Assembly (NCBI RefSeq): GCF_006345805.1
Contig: NC_042999.1
Span: 96,286,001-96,350,000 of the forward strand
Direction: 5' to 3'
Length of the DNA: 64,000 nucleotides
DNA from: Octopus sinensis
Lineage: Eukaryota
The position numbers were made by a program, and so were the translations under genes. The number at the start of each line of letters is the position of its first letter. Position 1 is the first letter of the stretch. This document shows positions 52,331 through 64,000 of the stretch, piece by piece. The notes under the pieces are model-generated. The model searched no databases and was not told where the DNA came from. It saw only the letters and a list, made by a program, of their open reading frames with translations.

Positions 52331-54344
52331 ATCAGGTGATTACAACAAAATGCGTGATATAAATTCTTTGTTCAGCATCAACGATAATTTGAAACGATCT
52401 GCTTTAAAATGATAATAAAGGTTTGAGTATAGCATATATTGCCACCGCGTCATTTAATAATATATCCATTCGTGATTGAAACGGTTACATAATTCCAGCC
52501 AAGATTATTAACTGTTCTTTGTTCTTTAATAGATAGTATTTTAATCGTCTTTAAATTATCTCACTTATTAAACTGTACATTTCTTTCAAAATTGAAGCCA
52601 AATGAAATCCTTTTGGAATCCATGATATTTACAATCGTTAACGACAATACATTTACTTTAGTCTCATACTATGCACTGAGAGTCCTTAAAATACAACAGA
52701 GCGACTAATTTACAAATAAATGATAATTACTTCCATAGGTACAAGGCTAGAAATTCATGGGGAGCAGTCAGTCGATTAAATCAAAGTCAATATTTGGCTG
52801 GAACGTTTTTTTATCAACCCTGAAAATTTACTTCGGTGAGATTTGAGAGGAATAAATATCCGCAAGGCATTTTGTCTGACACTGTAATGATACGCCCGAC
52901 AAGCCTTCACGATATGAGAGAACTTAGGGCCAAGCCACACCTTAGCGTATGATATCGATTTTTTTCCTGAGAATCATACCCCTCCCCCATTCAGCAATTT
53001 TAGGAATATAGAATAGTTTTGTGATTTCAATGCATTTTCCACTGGTAGTGAACGTCGCTTAACACGGTGATTCTCAAACTGACAATTACCAGTTCCTTCT
53101 TCAGATATTAGTGGAATTTTTATTACTGAGAATAAAAAGAAATATAGTTTGCATCTATATAATTTCTTCTTTCTTCGCTGGGTAAGTTTTAAAAAATTAA
53201 AACTTTTTCATTTTATTAAATATGGCAGTGTGTTCCTGTTTCAATCCTCGCACTCCCCTATAAGAAACATTAGAATAATCCCTTTTCATCCCTGTCAGCA
53301 ACAGCTCCCAAAATCTTCGCAGACTAGTACCAGACGATGTGATCTAACTGTACTGAGTAACAATCTAGAGTTTTCTTCATTTTCCCTCTTGAGACAAAAA
53401 TATCATCAAAGACACCTCAGAATGTTCGAAACGTGATCAATCGGCAAGGTTACTTCTACAGCATTACTCTTTGCTCTCCTTTAAAATAAGACAACTACGT
53501 GGTATCCCAATGCTGTCTGTGTAGTAGTTGGACGATGCGAGGTTTCACTCTGTAAGTTACATTTACAATATCATTGGTTAATTAGCTAAAATATAAAGGT
53601 AACTCCGTCCAAAAGGCTACGAAGCTTACAAATAATTCCGATCGAAGAATTTAAAATCGATTTTCTACTCGGTACCAGTAATTAATAATTATTCCTAGCT
53701 CTCCATGCGTAGAGATTTAAGTAGAAAGTTGTGTTCTGAGATGGAAACTTTCCAACGGAAGCTGCTTATGAATAATTTAATGCACAGATGTACCAAATTA
53801 CGTATGAAGTTCGTCTAATAAATTGGTTAAAATAAATAACAGCTTTTAAACCTGATATATCGTTCACCCCAAACAATAGATATGGTGTTGATTTAGTGTT
53901 CATTACCGGGAAAGTTAACCACACTGCTTGGCAGAAAGTTCGGTTTAAAAAAGAGAATAACATTGCCACTATTAAAAACATGTACGACTGGTCAGTTATG
54001 TTTTACACAATTGCTTCACACAGAATTAATTTTTCGCTACTAAAACTGGATTGGTTGGTAGCCATTATAGTCAACTCCGTTAATATATTTCTACTGGCAG
54101 CATCACACTGACAGGCCATATGAATACATATAATAACTCACATTTATACAAATACGCAATTATACATAAAGAAGCAGAACTTTTCATAAAGAAACACACA
54201 CACACACGTATGCACATTCAAATATACGCATACGTACATATATACACACACACACTCAATAGATACTTGTATACAAAGATTCGTACTTGTACATATATAT
54301 GACATGTATTTGACACATGTACATGTATTTAACATGCAAATACA

Positions 54345-54725
54345 AGTGTAGGTGTGGCTGTGTGGAAAGAAGTTTTTTTCCTAACCACGTGGTTCCGGGT
54401 TCAGTCCCACTGCGTGGCATTTTGGATGAGTTTCTTTTACTGTAGCCTCGGGCTGACCAAAGCCTTGTGAGTAGATTTCGTAGAGGGATACTGAAAGAAG
54501 CCTATTGCTTATATGTATGCATGTGTGTGAATGTATCTCTATGTTTGTCCCCCATCAGCTTGATAACTGGTTTTGATGTGTTAACGTCACTGTAACTCAG
54601 CGGTTCGGCGAAAGATACCGATAGTAAAAGTACCAAGCTTAAAAAAAGTAAGCACTGCGGTTGATTCGTTCGACTAAATTTCTTCAAAGTAGTGTCCCGG
54701 CATGGCTGAAACAAAAGAATTGAAG
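54345..54725 (+). mobile_element. Near full-length SINE (family of 42990-43416), more diverged
   Basis: Colinear match to 42990-43416. Confidence 0.88.
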
Positions 54726-55424
54726 AATAGTTCTCTTCTACAACCAATAATAAATACACCTATGAAACATTACAAATACTCAAATTGCATAGATATTGAT
54801 ATTTGAAAAAAAAAATGGTATTTTCTGTTTTGACTAGACATTGTGTTCTATATTTTGAAGGGAAATAGGAGATTGTTCGGTTCATATTTTTCCACAGGGC
54901 ATTTACAACATAATTAAAGTGAAACTGAATTACAGTCCCGGCTTGTCCTTAACTGAAATAAACTTTAAATAGACTTAATAAATTCACCAAAAGAGTGAAC
55001 GTCTAGTCAAGAGGTTGGTAGCTCGTGATTATGTAATTGAACCAGTCGTTCGAGCTGTAAATAGATACTGTAGGTTAAAACAAGTCGTTTGGTGAGCCGG
55101 CGAGGTGGGTCTAAGAGGTAGTTTCACACGCCAGAAAGAACAGGAAAAACACACAGAGTAATGAGTAACTAAGATAGGGTGGTAAGAGCTGGAAAATCTT
55201 TAATCATTGCTCAAGTCGATCAAGGTTCATCTGTGGTTAAGCAACAACAAAAATTGATCTGAAGAAACATTTTGATTGATTAAAACCAGAGATGGTGGAC
55301 TGGCGAACTTTTAGATCTTTAAGAGTGGCCGGTTGAAAAACAGTTTGATTTTTCCTAAAAGTGATACAGTTTTTTTAAATATATATGTTTTCATCTATTC
55401 CTTAAATATATTTAAACATTAAAT

Positions 55425-55582
55425 CGCGGCGAGTTGATACAATTATTTTGCACGCCGGCCGAAATGCTTCGCAGTATTTCGTCATTCCTTACATCCTGAG
55501 TTCCTTAGTTGGGGTCGATTAAACATAAGTTCCAGTTGGCCACTGGGATTGATGGAAATGAATTAACTACTCCTGGGTAAGG
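55425..55582 (+). mobile_element. 5' part of a SINE next to (probably interrupted by) the hAT insertion
   Basis: gcggcgag...gcacgccggccgaaatgcttcgcagtatttcg head and ggggtcgattaa core. Confidence 0.55.
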
Positions 55583-55590
55583 GTATAAAA

Positions 55591-57845
55591 CAGGGCTTCT
55601 CAACGGGGGTGCATAGGCACCCCTTGAGGTACACAGGAAAATCTGAGGTGCACGAAAAACTTTTGCGATGAATAGTCATTTTTCTCATTTTTGTTAATTT
55701 ACTTTTCCCAGGTCCACTCAGAAATTTATGATACCCAGGACCACCGTTGAGAACCACTGCTGTATACTGATACCACCAAACACAAAAAGCATATCAATCT
55801 GGTCCACCGATAGATTTTGTATGGCTATGCAGTCCACAGGAGAAAACGTTTAGCATGCCTGAACGCAATGAAGACTCATTAACTAATTGAGCTTTCAAAT
55901 AGCGGAGATGTTTTTCATGCGCGTCTGATTATTACATAAGAAGCAGAGTTTGCTATAAAAGTTCTCTTAAGTATTTATTCATTTTAGATGAAGAAAATGT
56001 GTACTCATCTGTCTCATCGCAAATGTACCGAGTGCAGGGATCATATCTTTTCTTATTTCATTTATTTTAGGTTTTGGATAAACAAAGTGATACAGAAAAA
56101 TGAACACGAAAAATAAAAATAAATGCAGACTTTATGATCCCGCGTATACTGCATATGGATTTATTAAAAGTGCGCTCAACTCATCTTTACTCTATTGTCT
56201 CCTATGTTCGAATAATCTTTCCACTGACAACATGAAGCCTTGCAGATTCTTCAATCGTCTTTAAAAAGTTCACCCCAACGTTTTTCACAAGCCAAAGGAG
56301 TATTTTGAAGCATCCAGTCACGATGTTTCCTCGTCATCTTCCAAGTTGAAGGGTTTCCTTGTGGAAATAAAAACAATGTGGCCGGCCTTATCGCATCATA
56401 TATGATTGCAAATCTCCTTGCAAAACAAGGTCGGCCACATATACTGGCTGAGGAGCACATAAAACCTGCAATCTTGGAAGCTTTGGAAGTGGCAAATATT
56501 TCGAATCCAGAACATTTCGAATTGCCAGCATTCCGCTTTCTAATAGCAGCATGTCATCTCGGATTACTGACTTGGCGATTGACATCAAAACACTCCTCAT
56601 CCAAGATTTGCGTAACAGCAAGTTGATGAGAGTACGTTTGCAAACCAATCAGTAATCCTTACATTAGTCTGCTACATCAAGGTTTCCGCCATTTCCGAGG
56701 AGCTTCTGTTCATCAAAACAATCCTTAATCCAACTGGCAAAGCTGTCTATAACGCACTACACGAATTCTTCCAAGAAAATTATATCAGTATAAATAATAT
56801 GATATTTGTTTGCACGGATGGTGCCCTTTCTATTGTCGGGTAGACAAAAGGGCCCGTCACCAAATTAACTGCAGAAAGATCTTTTTTTCTTTTCACTGTG
56901 TTCTCCATCGGGAGATCTTAGTTGCAAAGGATATTCGAACCCACAACCTTATTGAAATTCTGCAACTTATAGTTTCAGCTGTTATTAGAGTAAAAAAAAA
57001 CAACAACATTTCATGACAGACTCTTTAAGGAAACCTGTCAAGATGAGCATTTCTATCGGCTCCTTTATTCAATGGATATCCGATGGCTGTCCATGGGAAA
57101 TAGCCTTACTCGATTTGTTTGTCTTTTTGACAAAGTGATTGAATTTTTGGAAAGTCGAGATTCACAACTCCGCATTGCGCTCCTTCAGAAAAAGTCAATG
57201 ATATTATACTGAGAAGAGATTTACAAGAAGCTTAACGAATTAAACTCGTCGCTGCAATGTGATGGTATTAATATTGTAACTTCAAAGCATCTTATTGGGG
57301 GTTTCATGAAAAAACTCTTACTTTGGAAGATGCAGCTTTCTTTTTACGATTTCACCTATTTCGTCTCTTTAAAGGAAGAGCTTCTTACTTCTGAGGAGCT
57401 GCTGTCATCGTGGAACACCTCGTTTTTATGCATGAAAGCTTTCAACTGCGTTTTTCAGGATCTCATTCATTTACACATCCCTTTATTTGTCGATAGATTT
57501 CATACCTTGACAATGGAGGACGTCTTCCAACAACCTGCATGTTTTCAAACAGAGCTCAGCGAGACCCTTGCTGATGAACGTTTCATCCAAATTGCCGAAG
57601 GAGACTGGTTAAAAGCATGGCTACAGTGCGAGAACAAATACCCGACTCTATCCGAAACTGTTGAGCCATTCATTATAAACCTACCTACATCAAACCTTGC
57701 CGAAAGAGGCTTTTCGTTGGTTCTGTTTTCTTATAATAAACAAAGAAGACTGCAGCTCGACAACAGTTGTGAGATTTGACTGTGACATAGGGTGCATGGG
57801 GCTCTGAAACCGAATTGCACAGCGGAAAAAGGTTGAGAAACGCTG
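55591..57845 (+). mobile_element. hAT (Charlie/Buster group) DNA transposon, 2255 bp, decayed
   Basis: TIRs CAGGGCTTCTCAAC / GTTGAGAAACGCTG; perfect 8-bp TSD GTATAAAA at 55583-55590 and 57846-57853. Confidence 0.93.
56130..57770 (+). pseudogene. Disrupted hAT transposase (ZBED8/SCAND3/GTF2IRD2-like family)
   Basis: YDPAY..YGF..CLLC..MKP (BED-like), ASYMIA..AKQGRPH, PLSNS, CTDGA, HCVLHRE, IRWLSMG, LNELNSSLQ, AERGFS in correct order with stops and frameshifts. Confidence 0.88.
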
Positions 57846-60800
57846 GTATAAAATTTGCATCCCTCTGCCAAGACAAGTCGAGCCAGCGTGGCAGAGTAGA
57901 CTCTCCAAACAAGTATGATCTCTTGCGGGAGAGAACATGCTGAGCCTTCGTCCTGCAGTAGATTGAACATAGGCAATCCAATCCATTTATTAAATATATT
58001 TTGTTTATTAAATATACAAAGCATCAAACGTTCAGTTTACATTTGTATTCTTTACCTGAATACATTTTGATAATTATATTTTCCGTGCATTTCATAGATG
58101 TTCTTCAATTCAACCTAGTTTGTTTCTTAATGCAGCCTTCGATTGTATAGACAAAAGTTACACCAGTTTCTAATTGAGACAATTTCTCAACAACGCCCTT
58201 TGATAATTGCTTATTCAATAAACTGTGTTCTTAATCACTATTTATTTCTACTCTCGCAAAAAAAAAATAAAACCATTAACCTCACACAATCCAATACCTT
58301 CGTTTTTATTATTCAGAGAGGTTGCTTATGAAAGAAATCATTATAGATCGCTAAGGAATATATATGTAATATTTCTATATTTTTAATAGACTCCAGAGTG
58401 TTGCGAAAAAATAAATCTCAATACCCCAGTCCATGTAGCTGTATGTAGGTACGATAAAAGTAGAACTGGCTTACCACTGTAAATAACGACTTCATTGTAA
58501 CATTTCCGAGTGCTTCGTTGGTTTTCGGTACTGAATTCAATTTATCCTGCGGTGGTAACTGGGAGAGAAATGGACCATGTCAAGCTGACCTCTGAACATT
58601 CTAAATGAAGACATACTCTTGGGTATTATTCCGAAAATGTTATGGATCTTGATGCTCACCTCCATATATGCATAAGCATATGATATCATCTCAACATACT
58701 TACAAAATAGTATAATCAGAATAAAAGATTTGTAGACGTCCATCAAAAATCCAGTACTTTTTCAACCTATTTCTTCTGTTTGGATCGTTAGGAGTAAGAA
58801 TACTCAACTTCTTCCGTTGTCAGTCATAACTATTTTCTGAGATCGAAACCTACCGTAAATCGACTTTGGCCTTTCATTCCTCCGGGAAGGGGACGGGACT
58901 TAGATAAATTAAGAACTAATGATGTCCTGGATCGAGAATATCCTTTAAACATGCTCATGGTCTTCTGACAATATTAGATTTTAGCTGAAAAGCCAGAGAT
59001 TAGAATAAAATATCTTAAAGTATTCGGTTTTGTACTAAATTTCTGGTTTCGTGTTAATAAAGCAGCTACATAACAAAACAGGTACAGCCATCGAACCAAA
59101 CTAATTTACTCCTATCAAGAAGTATTTATAACATTAGATTGACTATGAGGTTTCTTACATTGAAATAACGCTATAGGTACGTTCTCTCACATTTTGGCAT
59201 TTCGTTCTTTGTTATTAAATACACCACTGAAGTATTGTCCTCAATAAATCTTTCCTCTTGGCGTTAAAATATTCCCAGTAAATTAGAAAAAAGAAATAGT
59301 CAATTAAAATTACAAAAACCAAACAAAAAAAAACAATAAACAAATTAACAACACCCAACAAGTTTCTTGTGTAAACAGGCGAAGATCTGAGAGATTTTCT
59401 GAGATAAACAACATTTCAATTAAATAATGCTTTCTCCATCTTAGAAAGTTTCCAGCCTCCTTCCCCCACTCTCTCCCTTTCTCTGACTCACACTCATTCA
59501 CACTCTCTTTTTCTGCTCTCGTTTTCTCCCTTTCCCACCCTTTCTCTCACTCTCTCTTTCTTTCTCATTCCCTCTCTTTCACGTTCTTTTTCCTAATTTA
59601 ATTTTCAATATTTGAGAGGTTTTATTTTCAGCTTTTCATCTAGACATTAGTATGAGGACCGAACCTGAACAAAAATCTTTTAGTGAAAAGACTTAATGTA
59701 TTTATAGATTTCACTCCAAAACTGTTAAGGAAATGTGTTTTTATTTATTTACATTTTTGTGGGCTTGTCTATTAATGTTTTTCTTTTACTTTTCCTACCT
59801 ATTTTGAAAACCGATAGCGTATACCGACTCGCAGACTAATTATTTTCCTGCCACACTTATGCTTGGGGTGGTGAAACTGTGATAAAATGGGAAGTTTTTG
59901 TCTTAGGGTACCGAGTCCACGATTACTTCATCCATTAACAATTTCTTAATTTTCTCTTTACTAGACACAAGAACAAATTTTGTAATAGAAATACGCACAC
60001 ACACACACACACATACACACACATGAAATCAAGTGAGCATATACATATGTGAGTGTGTATTTTCATTGAAATTATTTATTTAAGTTCTTCATCGCAGAAT
60101 TCTACCCACTTACCAATAAAGTGACTAGCATTTTTTTGTTCTCCAGAGATTTCTGAATATGTGTGTCTTAACTTATGCAAATATAAAAATGTACGTGTCT
60201 GATATATTTTCCTAACATAATGGGTATACATACATTTTTAGTACTCGAACGTGTGAGATTATACTTGATATATGTGTATGGGTCTATACTATATGCATAC
60301 CATGTTATTGTATGCATACGTTCATTCCAGGAAAACCAAACCGAGAATCTTTGGAATCTTTTAAACACTCTCACTCTACGGCTGATCGATTGGATTTAGA
60401 GATACGAGTAAATTCGGTTTGTAATTTCTCGATAAACTGCAGCAATTCTAGGCTTTAATGTAAATTTGTTATATAATGGTTACAAACGAGAATCTATAAC
60501 CAGCGTACGAAAGCTGTACTTCCATCATTAGTGCTCTTTTAGCACAATATTAAACGAGTCAATCACATAAGCTGAGAAACTGACCTACACTACAACGCCT
60601 GACTTTAGTTCATCATCAGGCTATTGCAAACAAACATAAATATTGAAAAAAAAACGCATTTGGCCATATTTGGACATACCACAGTTTAACATAATAGCAA
60701 CGATTGCAATAGCCGGTCTTTTGGTCAAACTATCGTATCTCCAGCTGCTTCAGATGCCAAGATATCAAAAATTGTCAAAGTGTAGTACAACGGTTTTGTT

Positions 60801-60944
60801 ATGGAATAGTGAAACTATTTTTTCGTTTTCTGAAAAAGCAACGTTTTGGACTTTCGACACTTTTGCATAGTAACAACGATATATATAAACTAAGAGGATA
60901 CTAACCACTACCACAGGTAATCTCCTTATCAGTATAACACTTAC

Positions 60945-60985
60945 AGGATCTTTCTCTCTCTTTTCCTCTGTTTCTTTCTTTCTGG

Positions 60986-61030
<45 letters not shown>

Positions 61031-61313
61031 TTTCTTTGTCTCTCGTTCCTCTCCCATCTTTCCCGCGCTCTCAGGTTCTCCCATTCTCTCTCTTTCTCTC
61101 GTCCCTTCTTTGTTTGATTCTACATTTTCCAACAAAGCCCTTCTGTCTTCCTTTGTTTCTAATTTCGTTCTATCCCCACGCTTCTTTCTCATCTTGGAGC
61201 TGTTATCTGTCACGTCAGTCAATGTTCGACGACTAACGTCCAACGTTCTCCTATCATTTCTTTCTGGTGTTATTTTATCTACAGACACCTCTCGAATGAC
61301 TTTTTTTTTATTC
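60945..61313 (-). CDS. Candidate 369-nt symmetric (phase 2-2) exon encoding a charged, RE-repeat-rich segment
   Basis: Acceptor tatatttcaactag|G, donor CCT|gtaagt, 123 codons open. The purine-rich strand makes stops rare, so the ORF alone is weak evidence. Confidence 0.3.
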
Positions 61314-61415
61314 CTAGTTGAAATATATTCATAGTTAAATATTTTTTGTCATTTCGTCTAGTTTTTTGTTTATTATAGCCATACGAGCTGAGTTTTCGCT
61401 AAATATTTATTGTAC

Positions 61416-61585
61416 CTAATTTTGGATACATTCTCATATACAAGTTGACGTCCTGTTCTTCGCACCATACTTCGGTATTCTGAAGCTAGCAATCCTGTTG
61501 ATAACATGCAGAAATCTTGTACTTCAGTCAGATGCTGAGAGAAGGGAATGCTTTCTACGTTTGTATCTTGGCCAGTGAGTTTTAC
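61416..61585 (-). CDS. Candidate exon (phase 0-2) [56 protein letters not shown]
   Basis: Acceptor aatttaaatgtag|, donor AG|gtacaa, joins in frame to 61313-60945 over a 102-nt intron; not recognised. Confidence 0.22.
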
Positions 61586-61603
61586 CTACATTTAAATTTA
61601 TAC

Positions 61604-61770
<167 letters not shown>

Positions 61771-62199
61771 TGAGACAATGTCGATGGACCACTATAAGCT
61801 CCCCTGAATTTTAATATTGTAGGATAGTTTACGAATGATGCGATAGAGGCCAGTGCTTGTATCGTGTCTGATGTTGCTCATCTGTTGCTTGTGGCAACAA
61901 GCATCAGGATTGAGACGCATCATTAGTGTGTCTACAAACATCAAGATTGAGACGGGAATGATGGTCATTTGCTCTCCCTCTCTCTCTCCCTCTCTCCCTT
62001 TCTTTCTTCTCTCTATTTTCTGTCTTAATCTTCTCTGAGCATGGGGAAAGCTATTAATGTTGCTCCTTATACAAGTTCCATCTTGAGTATTAGCTTCGAT
62101 CATTTTGTACCTGATTCACTGAGTGACACATAAAGAACTAAACAACTACTGGGATGAATAACGTTAAAAATGTTTCAATGAAAATTAAATGAGAAAGAA

Positions 62200-63420
62200 A
62201 CAAAAGGATATTTGAAGTTAATGACAGAAAATTCGAAGCGGTAAATGAAATTAAATTTTGTTAATTGTTTAGCTTAATAGAAAGAGGAAACCTTTCAATA
62301 AGACGTCTTACAACTATTGACGTGAATAAAAAAAATATTGGAAACGAATGACAGTGAAAATGTCACAAATGGAAACAGCTTTTAATCATGCAACGGAAAT
62401 GAAATCTTTTTAATGAACAAAATTGCTGTGTTCAACGAAGAACTTTTTCGATAGAATTGGTCAATTTTGAAAGGTATATTATTTTAACTTTGCGAAAGGG
62501 TGTAGCATTTTCAGCTAGATCTATAAATAGAATCTATAGAAGCAGAATTAAGTAACTGTCCAAGAAAAGAAATAAATAATTGTGCAGCATTTACAAGATT
62601 TTGAAATTCCATTAGTTAATTTTGTGCGCATTACTTTGAATGTAGAAATGAACAAAATTAGTCTTACTTTAATAGGTATTATGAAATATTAAAAAAAAAA
62701 ACATGCGTTTCACTCATCGACATGGAATTTCAGTAATTTTATTCCTAAGACATGTTTAGCGTTTATCGTCATTAAACCTGAATTAAACTACGTTTTACAG
62801 TTCTTATCATTATCAGGACACGACTCTTCGATTCGAGAAGAGAGGGAAAAAATTAGGCGGTACAATCCTATGTATAATGTATGTAAGAACAAGCATACGT
62901 TTTAATTTAATCTCCCTTAATTTCCAACGTACCGCAGAATCTTCAACAGAAATTCAATTAGATATTTAAAATATTTCCTAGTTCCATTACAAATTTTAAT
63001 TTCAAGCGACTGTCTAATGCAATAAATTCAACTTCTGTAGTTACTTGTATCTTTGCCAGCCGTAATAAAACCATGGAATCTTAGAATTGTTGTACAGATG
63101 GAATTCTTTAACCGAACATGATTTTAAGACTCACTTATATCGGCACAGATAATGTTTTATTAACTCAGAAAGGAAATTCTTCGAAAAATTGCCAAAATAT
63201 TTGCTTTCGTTCGTGCTAGAATTTGCGAAGTTGTATAGACACAAAGGTTTTCTGTCAAAATGGAGTTGCCATTTGCTCTTAACTAAGAAACAATCTCGTA
63301 AAATTCTTTTAAACACCATTCAATATTGTCTCATTATAATACACTAAGAGGATATGTTGTAAGAATTTAGAAAATGCTGAAAAACGTTGGGACATTTAGG
63401 CATGATGACTATGTTTCTTG
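62200..63420 (+). mobile_element. Probable highly decayed RTE-like LINE C-terminal region
   Basis: Ordered broken motifs FEAVNEIK, ERK(I)LRKI, (W)GHLGMM, matching FEVVxEFKY...ERKILRKI...WAGHVARM. Confidence 0.35.
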
Positions 63421-64000
63421 TATCCATTCTTGAAAGATTTTCCAATTTTTTCCCTTCTGGTTTGTTATTATTACATTTGCAGACTTCACAGCATTGTGGT
63501 TGCAAATTTTCTTCACGCATTCACCAACATAAATGCCAAATTTTAATGCATAAACTTTTTCAATTAATTATTTATTCTTCCCCTTTTCTTTTTCTGTAAG
63601 AGTATTTTATACCATCCTCACCCTTTCCTTAGCTCTTCTTGCAAGGACTTTTTAAATTGGTGAGAGTCAATGGGTTTTTCTGTTCACAATCAAAATATAT
63701 GACATTCAAATGTTTTCTGCTTGTTCTTTAATATATTCTTTTCCCTTATTCTATTTACCACGATCGTCTGAAGAGGTGTAACTCATAATAGTAAGGGTAT
63801 GTTAAGTTTCCAGCAGCAAGTGTATATATATATATATAGGTTATGAGAGGTAATGCTGTCAAGAAGACCCAAAGGTGTCAGGTAATGCTGAGTAAGCGCT
63901 ATGGACAGATTATAGTTAAGCTCCAGGTTCGGTGATTATGCGAATGAGGAGTCCAACGTAGGTCATATATTCGCATGCATATATATAAAAAAAATTAGCC

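Noticed and set aside
53060-53110. Minus-strand CTGAAGAAGG-AACTG...CAGTT as a hammerhead
   Set aside because: GAAAC and stems I and III are missing; too decayed to support
63779-63860. CTGAAGAG with a nearby ACGATCGT palindrome as another hammerhead
   Set aside because: No GAAA after a stem II; the order of parts does not fit

Overview
This is very AT-rich, microsatellite-dense eukaryotic DNA. The SINE types and (TA)n/(CA)n/(TATG)n load suggest a coleoid cephalopod, probably Octopus (inference, not verified). No protein-coding gene could be named. Almost all 'YI/YV/HT-repeat' ORFs in the track are artefacts of microsatellites. The first ~29.6 kb looks CpG-poor, as expected for a methylated gene body, and holds a few short candidate exons. 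The remaining ~34 kb is CpG-richer and packed with transposon debris: a complete but decayed hAT/Charlie element with TIRs and an 8-bp TSD, two RTE LINE fragments, a Dong/R4 LINE end and several tRNA-derived SINEs. Two Tc1/mariner-type pieces lie at ~25.5-26.5 kb. The most striking unexplained structure is a cluster of about nine type-I hammerhead-ribozyme (HHR)-like motifs between ~30 and 50 kb, of the minimal kind known from Penelope-like elements (PLEs). Three of them sit in palindromes with the HHRs pointing outward: a tRNA-head/HHR-tail hairpin element with a 13-bp TSD, a 2.3-kb element with ~340-bp inverted arms, and a perfect 67-bp hairpin. Several belong to a variant with an unusually long stem-II insert. 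Everything was read by eye; coordinates of decayed elements are approximate.
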